The translations under genes and the position numbers were made by a program. 64,000 nt of DNA from the human T2T-CHM13v2.0 reference genome, Homo sapiens, in the NCBI RefSeq assembly GCF_009914755.1, contig NC_060945.1; one strand, written 5' to 3'. The notes below the pieces were generated by a model, which was given only the letters and a program-made list of their open reading frames with translations, did no database searches and was not told where the DNA came from. Below are positions 27,870 to 42,165 of this stretch, in pieces. Position 1 is the stretch's first letter, and each line of letters starts with the position of its first letter.

Positions 27870-30800
27870 ATATAATAAAATAGAGTTAAGTGGTTGCCTG
27901 AACCCTCCTGCAGATAATTATTATGAAATATGAATAAAATAATATTTGAAAGTAGTATTGAATGTCTTCAAAACAGACAAAAGAGAGAGGATATTATCTT
28001 TTGAAAAACTGCAATCAAATAGTCTTTTTGTGGCTTTCTTACTTCATGGTATTTTCTGACCGTTATGATCAGAGTAGCCAAAAATCAGTCTTACCACTAA
28101 CAGTTGACAGAGAATATTGTTCATGAATAAAAATACAAAAGAAAATTTAAGGGCAAAGTTCTGAAAATAGGGGATCTTCAGTAGACATGATATATAAAAT
28201 CTGAATATAAACTGCCGAGATGCGTTACGTACCAGTAAAGTACATACACGGTGGACGTTACAGGGGCCCATAGCAAAAACACATCAGGCAAGGACCAAAC
28301 ACAAAATTGCCACTGACAGTAAGAGGGATGCCAGGTAATGTTTGTAATTCTTTGTTGTTGTTTAAACTAATGCATTCCTCAGTGAGTGCTCAGCTCACGG
28401 GATTGAAAGAGGGAGTCTTGCACAATTGATGTGCCAGAGGACAAAACCTGATACAAGAAGAGCAGGTGGAAATTTAAGATGCAGTCTCCAGAAGCAAGAA
28501 AATTACAGAGAAAGTGCTCAGTAATAGCTGAGCATGAACTTTATCCAAATCCTTAACAAACACTCAAATTACACATGAAAGAGGGGACAGCCAGGGATTT
28601 AGGCTTAAAAAAATTATATTTGCCTCTATAAGCTGTAAGAACCACAACAACAAAAAGTGTTCAGAAGAACAGAATGGAAGACAGACTTGCAGTGAAGTAT
28701 TATTTATGATGGCTAGTTTTCAGCCAAAAAGTATTAGACAAGCATAGAACAGGAATATATGACCCATATTCAGGAAAACAATGCAGTCAGTGGAAATTAC
28801 GTCTGAACAGGACCAGATGCTACATTTCACAGAAAAAAAAAAAGACTCCAAAGTAATTATTATAAACATGCTCGAAAAATGAAAGAAAAATATATTCAAG
28901 GAAATAAAGACAGTCTTCAGGAGTTACAGATACATTATATGGTTATATGAATAGAGAAAAAGTAAACTATAAAAATTAGAAACACTCTAGTTTAGATGTA
29001 CACTCTTAAAACTAAAAAAATTATTGAGTCATCTCAGTGGTAATTTAGAGATGGCAGATAAAAGAATCTGTAAACTTTAGGATAGATTAATGAATATTCC
29101 TCCATCCAAAAGATAAAGAAAAAAGGACTGATAAAAATGGACACAGTCTTAATAGACCTTTGTGATAATATAGGGAAAGCAAACAAAAAAATTAATTAAG
29201 ATCTTAAAAGAAAAGGTATGTAAAGTGCAGGTAAAAACCAAACAAATATTTGAAGAAATACTGTCTTAAATTTGTTGAAAAATATTATCTTTTTTTGTAA
29301 AACATTATCTTTTAGATTTTAAAAGCTAAACATTTCCAAGTGGGATAAACACAAAAGAGACTAATTCTAGTCCCACATAAAAATGATATTTCTAGTGTAT
29401 ACAGGGGAAAAAGACATATGACCCTTAAGAAGAAAACTAAAAAGCAAATATTATTAGATGACTTTTCAACAGTAACAATAGTGATCAGATGCCATTAGAA
29501 GAAAATAGCCAAAATACTGGGAGGAAAAACAAGCTGTAGCCAAGAATTCTGTATCTAATGAAACTGTCCATAAAAAAGGAAATATAGAAATGTTCACATA
29601 AGCTAAAATATATTGTATTGGGCTCATTTGGCCTACAAGAAGTGATAGTTCTTCAGGCTGAAGCAAAATGACAGTGACCTCTTGAATCTACAGGAATGAA
29701 AAAATGAAGACAAATGAGTAGCAAATATGTGGGTAGATATGAAACTATGCAGACACATAGATTGTCTCTGCTTCTCTTAAATTCTTAAAAGCCATTAACT
29801 GTTAAAAGAAAAAATTATAACCATTAGTTGCATGGTTTACAACTTTTATAGAATTAATTTACATGATACAAGAGCATAGAGTATAGGTGGTTTATAAAGG
29901 ATGATTTATAAATTGCACCCCATTATAAACATGAATTACTAATTTGTTAAATGTAAGACGATTACCTGAAAATAAAGTGAAATCTGTAATTTTAGAGTAA
30001 TGACTAAACAGTAATGCAAAAAAAGCAAAGAAGAAATCAAAATAGAGTACAAATAAAATATTCAAATAACACAAAATAAGAAAGAGGATAGAAGAAATAA
30101 ACATAAAAATGAAGAAACAAAAACAGATAAAATAAGTTGAAAGCACTTCACCAAATGACAGACATAAATATTACTATATCACTAACTTTACTGTCAACAG
30201 AATATTCTATTAAATATAGAGATTATCAGAAAACCAAAGGAACAAGACTCAATTATATGCTTTCTACAAGATGCACATACACTAAATAATTGTCACAAAT
30301 GGGATAAAAGTTGAAGAAAGGGAAAATATGTTATTAACAATAAATCATATGAAAGCTGGAATAGTTTTATTAATGTCAGAAAAAATGGACATTAAAGTAA
30401 ATTAACAGGGAAGAGAACTTAATCACAATAAAAGGGTCAATATATTCGGAATACATAAAAATTATAAATGTGCATATGCCTAATAAGAACATTTTAAAAT
30501 ATGTGAAGAAAATAATGACAAAGGAAGAAATAAACAAATCTGGAAACTTAGATGGAAATTTTAACACCATATCCCAATTGTTGATAAAAGAACTGAACAA
30601 AAATCTAGTAAGGTGATCGAACATTTTAATAACCCTGTATGTCTAACAGTGCACTCAATTACAGATTACATTATTTTTTAAATGCACATAAAACGTTCAC
30701 CACAAAATATTCAACTTCTGAATCATAAGACAGCTCAATAGATTTAACAGTAAAATATTTCAGACTTTATTTCTTTATCATAAATTAAATTACACTAGAA

Positions 30801-31720
30801 GTTAAAAATATCTAGCAGTCTTGAGTATCTCAAAATTAAACAATTCAATTCGAATCAATCAAAGTGTAAATGAAGGAATTACAAGATGAAGTAGCAAATA
30901 GTATACTAAATGATAAGAAAAACTCAATGTATAAACATTTGTAGAAAGGTGCAAAACATTCATAAATGTAAATATATGAATTCAAATGCTTACATTACAG
31001 GTTTTATGAAAAGAACAATAAAAAGCTCTAAAACTATCTAAATTGGTCACAAAAAAAGAAAAAATAGGATATTCATTTTTGGTAAAAATCCCAAAATACA
31101 AGGTATAAAAGGGAACTCCCTCAAGTACATATAGAATATAAAGTATATTTTTGGAGAGTAAATATTTAGAAAGTGATTTGATTTGGCTGTATCCCCACCC
31201 AAATCTCATCTTGAATTGTAGTTCCCATAATCCCCATGTGTCATGGGAGGCATCTGGTAAGAGGTAATTGAATCATGGGGGCAGTTACTCTCATGCTGGC
31301 TTCATGATAATGAGTTCTCATGAGATCTTTTTAAGGGGCCTATTCACTCTTTCGCTCAGCACTTCTTGCTGCCCTGTGAACGAGGCCATGTTTGCTTCCC
31401 CTTCTGTCATGATTGCAAATTTCCTGAGGCCTCCCCAGGCCTGCGGGATGGAGACAATTAAATTGTTTTCCTTTATAAATTATCTAGTGCCAGGTGTGTC
31501 ATTATTAGCAGAGTGAAAATGGATTAATACAGAAAGATATCCCATGCTAGAGGACTGGACGACTCAAATTTGTTAAGATGCTCTATTTTCCCAAATACAT
31601 AAAAAGATTTAATGCAATCTCATTAAAAATTCCAGCAAAAGTTTTGAGACTTGGCAAGATGATTCTGAAATTTTTAGCTAAACTGCACATGACTTAGAAT
31701 AGTAAGAACGTTTTTAAAAT
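27870..31720 (+). mobile_element. Ancient L1M (5' UTR, ORF1 and ORF2 endonuclease remnants), interrupted by THE1
   Basis: 5'-end motif 'ccctcctgcagataattattatgaaa', ORF1-like 'gccaagaattctgtatctaatgaaactgtcc', endonuclease-like 'gaaagctggaatagttttattaatgtcagaaaaaatggac' and 'aaaagggtcaatatattcgga'. ORF2 resumes at 31532 with 'gaaagatatcccatg'. Confidence 0.75.
31174..31531 (+). mobile_element. THE1 solo LTR (THE1C/D-like)
   Basis: 'tgatttgatttggctgtatccccacccaaatctcatcttg...ggattaataca' with perfect 5-bp TSD gaaag (31169-31173 and 31532-31536). Confidence 0.95.
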
Positions 31721-31994
31721 AAAGTCTTATACTATAAACAAGTAGAACTTAATTAGTAATTTCCAAATAGTTAACTTAAAACCTTAAAGTAGTATAATAT
31801 TGAGTTATCGATAATTTAAATTTTGATAACGACAATAATTTTAATATATTTCTAGTCTCATTTAATACATTTTACTACAGAAAATGGATGTATAAGTAAC
31901 TTTAGGTTATATTAATATATGTGTTCTTATTTAAAGAAATGCATTAAACATTTTGGTATCAAATAATGAATATTTCTTATTTTTGGTTTGTTTA

Positions 31995-32125
31995 CATGAG
32001 TACAATGTACACCATTTGGGCCATCGTTACCCAAAAAGCCCAGAATTCATCACTACACAGTATATCCATGTAACAAACTGCATATATACCTCTTAAATTT
32101 ATACAAATAAAAGAGAAAAATAATG
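31995..32125 (+). mobile_element. L1PB-like 3' end fragment
   Basis: 'gagtacaatgtacaccatttggg...aaaagcccagaattcatcactacacagtatatccatgtaacaaactgca' followed by an A-rich tail. Confidence 0.75.
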
Positions 32126-34469
32126 AAAAAATTATGTTCCTGAAAGTATGAAATGTCTTCATTGTTCAAGAATATGAAAGAAGACATTAAAATATATTTT
32201 GCTAGTTAATGGGTACAATAATGGAGTTGGATAGAATAAGTTCTGGTATTCCATGGCACAATAGGAAAGTGTGTTCTAAATCAAACCACAGATTATCTAA
32301 CAGTACAGCAATTTTCCTAAAGATTGCAACTCCCATCCATCAACAGCACTTAAGGATTGCCTAGCGTTTCTCCATCAGCATTCTCATTTACTGCAGAAAG
32401 TTCAGTTATCCAATTGCAAGTAAACCAAATATAATTTAATAGTATAGGAATGTTTCTAGTGGTCTTTGGCTTTTTATGTTAATCAACTAAATTTGAAAGC
32501 TTAACTCAGCAATCAACAGGAATAACATTGATATATAAACCAATATTTAACAGTTACATTTTTATTGAAAAGGAAGCCGCGCTGGTTAAATTTGACTTTC
32601 ACTTTATGCTTAGATTTCACACAATGATGTGCTTTGAGGAAACAAGGGTATATTTGAGATTAGTCCTAAGGCTTTTCAGAAAGATCATCCTTTCTTTGTT
32701 CTTTCCCCTAAGGTAAACCATTTCCATTGTCATAGCACTGACAAATAATTATTTTATTGCTGAAAAACTCCGACTCAGAGAAAATGTCACAGGTATTTTT
32801 TTTTAAATAGCTGTTGCAGTTTAAGCTTTCAGAAATTGCTATATAAAACCTGTCATTTAGGGGGAAAATAAAATTTTCTGTAAAAACAATTCAAAAAAAT
32901 GTAATTATTCCTGTGTTCATAAAACTTCATAGTAGTGATGAACAATGAAAAATATTCATTCTTTCTTAAGGTATCAAGTAGTCACAAATTTTATTTTTCA
33001 TTTAAGAATTGATTAACTTCATTTTTCACTAATGAATTGGGATATATAGTGTGTATGTGTGCCTTGAAGCTGCAAGTTGGCTTTTTTATTCGCTTTTGGC
33101 TAAAATTTAAATCTGACCAATTTTGAATTTTAAATTTGACCAATTATCACAAACTGATCAGTTGTCTTGTTTTTGTAAATATCTACATTGGATTATTTCA
33201 ATATGAAAATATTTAAAGTAGACTGAGGAGTTTCTGTATTATAGATCTTTAGGGTTCTGGAAACCCATCTTGCAATTGAGATTACAGAAACTCTCCATTG
33301 TATTAACTTATGTAAATCTGTTATAAACATCTTTTGTTGATGACAATATTATGACTGTCTCTCACATTTACTAAATGGGTGTAATATGAATCTGCACTCA
33401 TTTGAAGGCATGCATGTGATGCCAAAATCAATGAGAATGTATGTAATTACAACCTTAATTCAATGGAAATTTATCTAATGATCCGTTATGACAAACAGAG
33501 CTACATGTAACAAGTTAATAATACCTTGTAATACATAATTTGAAGGAAAATACATTTTTATTATTTAATATTACTTAAATGGACAGAATAGAAATAATAG
33601 AAACCACATAGAAAAATAAATGAACTTCTAAAAATTTTATAATACTTTTACATTTTTAAAGTTTTTTATCTAGAAATATTTAACATGAATTCTGATATTT
33701 AAAATTGTAAGTCACCTCTCAACTTATTTTATAAAAAACTTTGTGTTTTGTTATACTAAAAATGTGTTTCTTGCAAATTACATTTATAAGTTTAATTTTT
33801 GCATGTCAAATAGAACACTATATTTACACACATAGTTGGCTTCTTGTCTAAGACCTTGACTTGATGAAATGATTAAAACAATTGTCTTGCCCAGAACTTG
33901 ACTATTATTAAAACTGTTTTTATTCAAACAACATACATGAGTTGTTCATTTTTGTAACTTAGGCATTCATTTTGAAATTGATAAACAACCAATTAATATA
34001 TGCTTTGACAGCTAATTAAAAATTAAAAACTTCACATGTACATAAGTCAGACATTACCTGCACAATTACCGTATATTTTATTTTCCACATGGCAGGAAAG
34101 ATTCATTTTTAAGTATTTTTTGGAGCATTATAGAGAAGGACTGTATCTTCTTTCAAAAGGATTCTTTGGAGAGATAAATTTGACAAATGTAATAATCTAT
34201 TGCACATGTGGAAAACATCTTCACCATTGTTTTACTTTTTTAAGTGGACTTAAACCATTAATTAACATTTCTTTGGCTTATTCCTTTTTTAATGTGCATT
34301 TTACTGGTAATAAAATATCTAAACCGTGATGTTATTTTGAAGATAAATACGCTGAAGTATGCATAGCTCTATTAAGTAGTTACAAATAACAAGAAGCCCT
34401 ACAAACATAGGCTTATAAAATTGGGCTCAAATTCTGTTTTGTTCTCTTACTACATTAACTTTCATACTC

Positions 34470-34762
34470 ATGAGAGTTACCTCACAGTTTCAAAATGACT
34501 ATAGCTCTACATCTTTTGCAAAGGAGGAAAGGAAGAATATAAGAAAAAGAGAGCCTGAATCAGAAAGGGAAATGCTTTCTCCGGAAATCATTTATACTGT
34601 TCCTTGACCAGAACCGTGCACATAGCCAGCCCACCATTATCTGTGATGGATTCAACCAGATAAGTAGTTTTAAATTAGTCCATTGTTCTTGCAAAACAAA
34701 ATTAGAAAAGGGGGGAAAAAGAGAATGAATATATGGCAGGCATTTAGTAAGGTCTTACCACA
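34470..34762 (-). mobile_element. Degenerate MLT1J/K/L-like LTR fragment
   Basis: 'ttccttgaccagaaccgtgcacatagcc' and terminal 'gaatatatggcaggcatttagtaaggtcttaccaca'. Confidence 0.5.
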
Positions 34763-36894
34763 GTGGTAGTACTTAGTGCTATTAGTGCTTAGGGGACATA
34801 GTGAGGCCTAAATGAATACTAGTTGTTACAATCTTGAAAGAGCTCTAGTGCCTGAGTCAGTTTTATAGAGGGGACTTACTTGATATCGAAAATCAGTGCT
34901 CCAAGATTTTCACAGAAGACAATGGAAAATTTGCATCTGTTCTCCTTGTGATTGTTTACAAGGATTTTCACTGGGAATGAGTAAAATGTAATCTTCACAT
35001 ACAGGTTGAATAAATAGAACTATGATACAATTTAAAGGGCTTCATAAGGCCCCTGGTTAGAAAAATCTGTCACTTGGCTAACTGTAATTGGGACCCTCAG
35101 TTAATCATCCTTTAAGTTGTAAAATTTCCTTTACAACTTAAAATTTCTGCAAATAAAGCGCTTATATTTTAGTGTGAAATAAAAGTGAGTTTCTAGATAA
35201 ACTCATAAGCAAAGAAAATCAAGAAATACTGCAACTTCACGCACTGTTAGTATGTGCATCTTTCTAGCTTGACAATTCTGCGTGTTTAGTAAGCAAATGC
35301 CATACATATTTTTTCTGTTATATGTTTCCTTCAAATAAAATCTGACTGAGAATCTGTGATCACAAAATAAAGCTGCTAATTATGAGCTGGGTCACCTTGG
35401 ATCTTATCTAGGGAAGGACCACTTTCTGTAGAATCTTATCTATAAAATGTAAATAAATTAAAGGAGAGTATAGATGTATTATATGTGGACATGCATACTA
35501 AAAATGTATACTGTTTGAACATATTCAGATACTTTTTAGAACCGAACTATTGTATTTAGAATTTACTTCAATTGAGCCTTCCTCTTTTTAAGTAGACTGG
35601 AACATTAAAAAAATGTTTATTCAGGTAAACTAAACACATATACTATAAAAACATATGTGTGTGTGGAGTATGGGGATGTACCTGTTATGCAACCCAATTA
35701 ATAAGATATAGGGTAGAATGAAAGATCGGTAGAGCTTCATGAGGATGCTAGTTTTGTCCTTCTAAAGAAAACACCAAGTAACAAGTCATACTGTGGATGC
35801 ATCTATTGATTAACTTGCAGAGGTGGTGCTGAGACACAGGCACATTGATCAAACTTAGCCTAGGACTATGTTAATTATTTTTATTGCTCAATTCAGCATT
35901 GTTTGTATGTATCTGTCTCGGCATGTGTGTGAGTGTGTGGGTGGATGGGAACTACAATAAAAAGAATGAATAGCTCTATTATCATTATTTTGGTTAATTA
36001 AAAACTGAGACAAGTCAAAATGATTAGCTCTTCCTCCATCCAATTTTTCTGTTAACTTGTTTTACAAAGTTATTTCCCAACCATGAATAAAATACTTGGT
36101 GATTGTTTGAATGTTCTTGTCTTCCACAAGCTAATGCTGAATATTGATTTAAACTTTTTTAATGTTCCTATATGCCTGAGATACACATGATTTGAATTTT
36201 TATGAATGGAGTAATTATAAAAGAAGCAATCAATTATAACAATAAATCATTCTTTTATATTTGAGGGGAAAAAGCCTAATAAGAATGTTAAAGAATAATT
36301 ATGTTCTTTTTGTTGATTTTGTTGTGAAACTCCTTATGTCTCCTAGTTTTTGATGGCACATTTTATTGTGTCACTGAAAGCAAGTACCTTAAAAGATATT
36401 TAAAATCCTAAAATAATAGATTCTATAATAGACATTGAAAATGTACTTCAACCTTCTCATTTTACATATGAACAAATAAATACAGAGCATTTGGAGACAC
36501 AGCTGTGAATAAAGTAAATGTCTTCTGTGGTCTTTCTTAATTTATTCTAAGAAAGTTTTTCCAACATAATATATAACCTTCTAAATCTCCTTAAAACATT
36601 ATGTCATTATTTTAAAGTATATATTGTATAAATAAATGTTTTTAAGAAAATGATATTCTAGAAGAATATACTTATGATATTTTATTGCAGTGTTTATTAA
36701 CATTTAATATTTAATAATATTCAGAATATATAATGAAGGTAAATTTTTACTTTCCCCAATTTTTTCTCAGATTAAAACTTATTCTCCCATATAGGTTTTT
36801 ACTTTCCCCAATTAAAAATAATATATTTTATTAAAGTTATTTAATAAAAAGAAGCTTCAAATTATCTGTTGTCTAAACTCCATCACTTCCTCTT

Positions 36895-38802
36895 TCACAT
36901 TCATGTTGTACTGCACCAAAATTTAGTGCCTTGAAACAACATTGGTCAAATCCACAATTGTATGGTTTGACAATTTTGGCTGCTGGTCTTAGCTAGACCC
37001 ATGTATACTAGTGGGAAGCTGCTAGTCAGCCAAAAGACTCACCTTCTGGCTCTTGGATGAAATGACAAGGATTACTGAAACAATGGTCTCTTCTCACCTA
37101 GCAAATTATCCTGGATTTCTTCATATGGTGATGGTCAGGCATGTTTTAAGAAGACCAAGAAGTAGAACAGGACTCGATGCAAAAGCATTTCCAAGTATCT
37201 GCTTATGCCATGCTTGCTATTGTCTCATTGCTCACATACTATGAGGACAACCCCATATTCAACATGTAAAAGCACAACCCACATAGCAGGGACAGGAGGG
37301 CGTGAATAAATGGAAGGTCATTACTGAAACAATCTAGTAAGCATGGCTCTAGCACTAATAATTTACCTGCTTCCCACAAGTAAAGTACATTTACTCTCTC
37401 ACAAAATACCAAAATTCTCATATAATCTAAGCATCAGGCATAAAGTCCAGATTTTTGTGATTCACTGTGATGCTGGATATCAGTGAGGCACCATATTGAA
37501 AAACATGTTATTTTCACTACACAAACACAACTTCTGATGGTGACACAGAATAGAAGAACGACAAAAAATGCTGCCATTTCAAAAGGAGAAAAATGATAAC
37601 CACATGCATTTCATGATCCATAGCAATTCTGAAACAAAATTGGGCAAATAGGTCATATTTTCCAGTTTCAGGGGAAAGCATGCTCCCTGACGAAGCCATA
37701 TTCCTTTTCCAGTGAGCGACTTCCCATATTTCCTTCATGTTCCCTGGCTCTACCCTCTGAGATATCCTTTATTTTTTTTCATCCTCCTTAGATATTTCTG
37801 GAGAGTTCAAAGGATAATATTTTCTTACAGAAATTTTCTTAACCTATTTTCTTTTCATAAAGATGTGGAATCAGAGAATTTTTGGAGTTTGAACAGTCTC
37901 AGTGCCTTTCGATAAAGACTGCCAACTTGTTTCTGGGCATAACTCCATTAAACACTTGGCAAATTATCTATGAGTCTGATTTCTAAGAGTTGTAACTCGA
38001 AAGACACATCAGAAATTCTTTTTGAGTAATTGTCTCTCAATGTATTAACTGATACATTGGGCATTTAGTTTTCAGAGGGGCAAATCTTCAAAATGGTGAA
38101 TTTTGTCTAATTGAGAGTAACTAAGAAGTACTGATTTTATTCTTTCAGAAGTCTTAACAAAGGATCTCACATTTAAGCCATTGATCTAATATATTCCATT
38201 AAGTTGCACTTTGCCTTCAAATCTTTTAAGTACCAGTTGCAGTACTGTACATAAGGGGCTTGAGCAGCTGCAGATTTTGGTATTTGTGGGAGAGTCTTAG
38301 AACCAATCCACTACAGGTAACAAGAGAAGATTGTAAGTCATCTAAGGATGTATAATAAATGTAGTGGCTTGAAACAACCACCTTTTGTTTGGATCGTAGT
38401 TCTTTCTGTGTGGCAATTTGGGATGGATATGACTGATTTGGTCTTCTCTTGGGTAGGTTCATTTATGTGTCTTCATTCTGTGGCCAGATGCAGTTAGCTA
38501 GTTGGGTATGTTTCTGGTGATTGTTAGCAGCCAACTAGGAGCAGGTGCACTACATTTCTGTAACAATTTTACAGGATTCTTCTCATGGAAGCAGTGTCAG
38601 GGATCCTAAAAACAGCAAGAGGAAGATAAAACCTTAAAGACCTAGCCCTTTTCTCCAGCCTCAGGTTTTGTTATGACTGCTATCGTACTACTAAACCAAG
38701 TCAGTATATTGTCAGCCTCATCAGTGTGGGTATGACCAGCTGAGAATGTGGATCCATGGAGGTATTAACAAACTATGGTACATTACTGCAACCCTATGTC
38801 AA
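36895..38802 (-). mobile_element. Old MLT1 (MLT1H-like) LTR-internal-LTR element
   Basis: Two homologous LTR-like blocks (about 36895-37342 and 38345-38802) each contain 'agtg(c/g)cttgaaacaac' and end near 'cattactg(a/c)aac'. They flank MLT1-int-like sequence 'cttcccacaagtaaagtacatttactctctc' and 'ttcatgatccatagcaattctgaaac'. Confidence 0.7.
38240..38335 (+). mobile_element. MER2 (Tigger-family) 3' fragment
   Basis: 'ataaggggcttgagcagctgcagattttggtatttgtgggagagtcttagaaccaatcc...gattgta' matches the recalled MER2 terminal segment. Confidence 0.75.
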
Positions 38803-41245
38803 ACTGACTCCCATTTGATAATCCTTTTTATCTCACTGAACAAAATAAAAACTTGTAGTAAAGATGAGAATTTGCATAAATAACCATTATCTTGTCTGTT
38901 CAACCTCAGATATTATATCATTTGAAAAATAATTAATGATAGGAAAGTTGAAAACAAAATGGCAGTAGTCAAATTAGTTTCTGTGGCTCCAGCATACAAC
39001 CCATTCTATTTTCTTCAGTCCACGAATGGCACCACAAACAGTTACTTTGCCTCAAGTATGGGACAATGCAGCTAATACCAAAGTCCTATTCAAAAGCCAC
39101 ACTTACAAAGTTAAAGTAAATTGAGCCTTCTATATTCAGTTCTTGTTTCCTTACGCTCTTGCTCCTGTATCTTAATGAGTGTTCTATTAATTTTGCAGTG
39201 ACTTTCTTCCTTAATGTTCATAGCTTAATAAACTCTGCCTACTGATTTAAAACCTAATCAATATTCACTAAGTGTTTGCTAATTATTTAAATAAGAGCAT
39301 GCATAATTTTGGGGAGAACTAAATCTGATGACAATTTGATGGAAATGTAGTTTATTACTGCTTTAGGACTGAGGATTTCATTCTGTGTGTGGCTCATTTG
39401 TGGGAAGAATTAATACATGTTTTATTTTAAAATGGCTAGGATTAGTAAAGAAACATCCCTGAAAAGGGGGATAACGACCTAACTTTGTGGATGTGATTTT
39501 TTGTTTGCTTATGATTTTTATAGTGAATATAGGCTCTGAAATTAAACAGAGAGATACTACAACTATGGAGTTTTTTTAACTGTTGCAATCTATGAAATGG
39601 TATCTCTCTATACTTTCTCAAATAGCCCAATACTTGAGTATTATTCATAGGGATAAGTCTTTCCTAAAATTCTCATAACAATTTAAAGGAAAACTTGAAA
39701 ATTCTTTAAATATCTGCTTAAAAATCTTCTACTCCATGGATGGGAGCAATAAATCAGAAGACAAAACTCTATAAGGTTAAGTGTTTTACAATAACTCTCT
39801 TTTTCAAATTTATTCCAGAAGTATACATTTCTTCACCAGCAAAGCTCTTTTCTAAAGGATTAGATAAAATTATAGTGTTAATTAAAAATAAATTACTTCT
39901 ACATTAAGAGGGTGATGAATTTAAATGAATAAAATAATAGCCTATCTGGAAAATTGAGATAGTTACATTCCTTTTTTATTCTTTCTCACGACTAGGGCAA
40001 CTTTCCAAAAGGGGCATGCTTTGGACTTGGGGGCAACTGAGAAGTATACATACAGATAATAAATGAAAAATAAAGCACAAAAGTTAGCTTTTTCATGGAG
40101 GATATGCTGTAACTCTGCTGTCAGTCATTTTAAAAATTGTAACAACTGGAAGAGATGTCAACTGATCAAATTTCCAAGAGCTCATACCTTACATAGGGAA
40201 CATAGTCATATTCACAGTTAATTTTAATAGTTTCAGCATCTTTGACAGCAGTGGAATGCTATCCACTTAGTTCGCAGATATAACACCATAATCCATTAAA
40301 ATAAATTGCCTGTAAAAGGAGCTAGTGTTCTTAAAGTTATGTAAGTGTTGAGAAGGAAGAAGGAAAAGGAGAAAGAAATTGTTGCAAAAAATGTACCTTA
40401 TTCATTTCTTTATTGAGATCCTCTTTTGCAAAATATAAATAGATAAAAGAAAAAATAAAAATTTTCCTGTTCACAGAATAAAATAATGCACAGAATTATC
40501 TTACATCTGTACTATGAAGTGGGCCATTAGAGACCTTCTAAAGTCTAATACAAGTAATGCAAAAGCACAAAAGGAGATTAACTTTGCAACTTGACAAATA
40601 GATGCAAGAATAAGAAAAAAATACTTAGGACAATTAACACAAAATACACATCATTACAGACATTTAGTCAATCATCATCATCATCATGACCTTCCTGCAC
40701 CTTCCATCTATATTTTTATATCTACTTGGTTCCCTCATTTTGTTTTTGTAACTGATACAGTCATTTTAAAGAAGAAGTTAATTTATTCAATTGAGTCAGT
40801 GTTTGACTGAACTCACTGATTGTTTCAGAAAATGTTCTGTAAATACACACTGCCCAAATGCTGCTGCTTTGACTTATTGTCTCAGAGACTCCCATACATA
40901 TTTAAGTGGTCAAAAGAAGCATGTAGTAAATTTTTTATTTCTGACAGTGGCAGCTGCTGCTGCTGTTGCTGCTTCTTGAGTCTACTTAGTTTGTCAGCCA
41001 TTTTCTTCTGTTATATTTCTTTTCCAATTCTGTGGTATTTCTTCCTTATGTGTGTTTATCTCATATGTCAGGATTTTGCTTTTATTGTCATTGCTATGTC
41101 AATACAGAATTTTGAAAAAATATTTTTATTCAGTATAATTGACATATTTTGACTTTGAAGTTTAGAATAACTAAAATATTAATGAATTTCATTTAATGAT
41201 TTATTAAATTAATATATTTAATGTGACATGTTTATATAGTTATAG

Positions 41246-41564
<319 letters not shown>

Positions 41565-42165
41565 ATTATAGTACATCTTATAACAATTTCTGTTCTAGGA
41601 TAAATTTTATGCATTTAAACTTTATCACAAAAATAATATGGAACTCATCTGACCCTAAAAGGAGTGACATAGGCAACATTACATTACATAGGCAACATAG
41701 TCATATTCGCAGTTAATTTTAATAGTTTGAGTATCTTTGAGTGAAGAGATAAGTCATCCTTACTTGTGAGAGCAATGTTGCAAACATCAAACTAGGCTCA
41801 CACTATTTTTTATGAAAGGAGATTCCATATGGGAATCAATGAAAGAGTTGAAAATAAGATTTAATTTAATTAAAAGAAACAGAAACAATACATTCTCATA
41901 CAGTCCAAAGAAGGTAAAAATAAGCATTTGTAGTTCATGTTGATAATTGACAAACTTTAAAAGTATATTCTTGACTCTTATTAGTTTTAGGTTCAATCAG
42001 GTCCCAGTTAATATTAAAGTTTTACTTAAAGATATATCAACCATATAATGCTGTTATACTTATTGTTGCCATAAATGGCCTCTCTTTTATTCAGAGACCA
42101 CACTACAATTTTGGAACTGGAGTTCAGACCCAGGGTGCTCCATGTCTCCTCTAATATTCAAAATA

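Noticed and set aside
40791-41152. ORFs with poly-Ala/poly-Cys from a short (GCT)n run
   Set aside because: Short imperfect trinucleotide repeat in T-rich DNA, non-ATG starts and no domain similarity.
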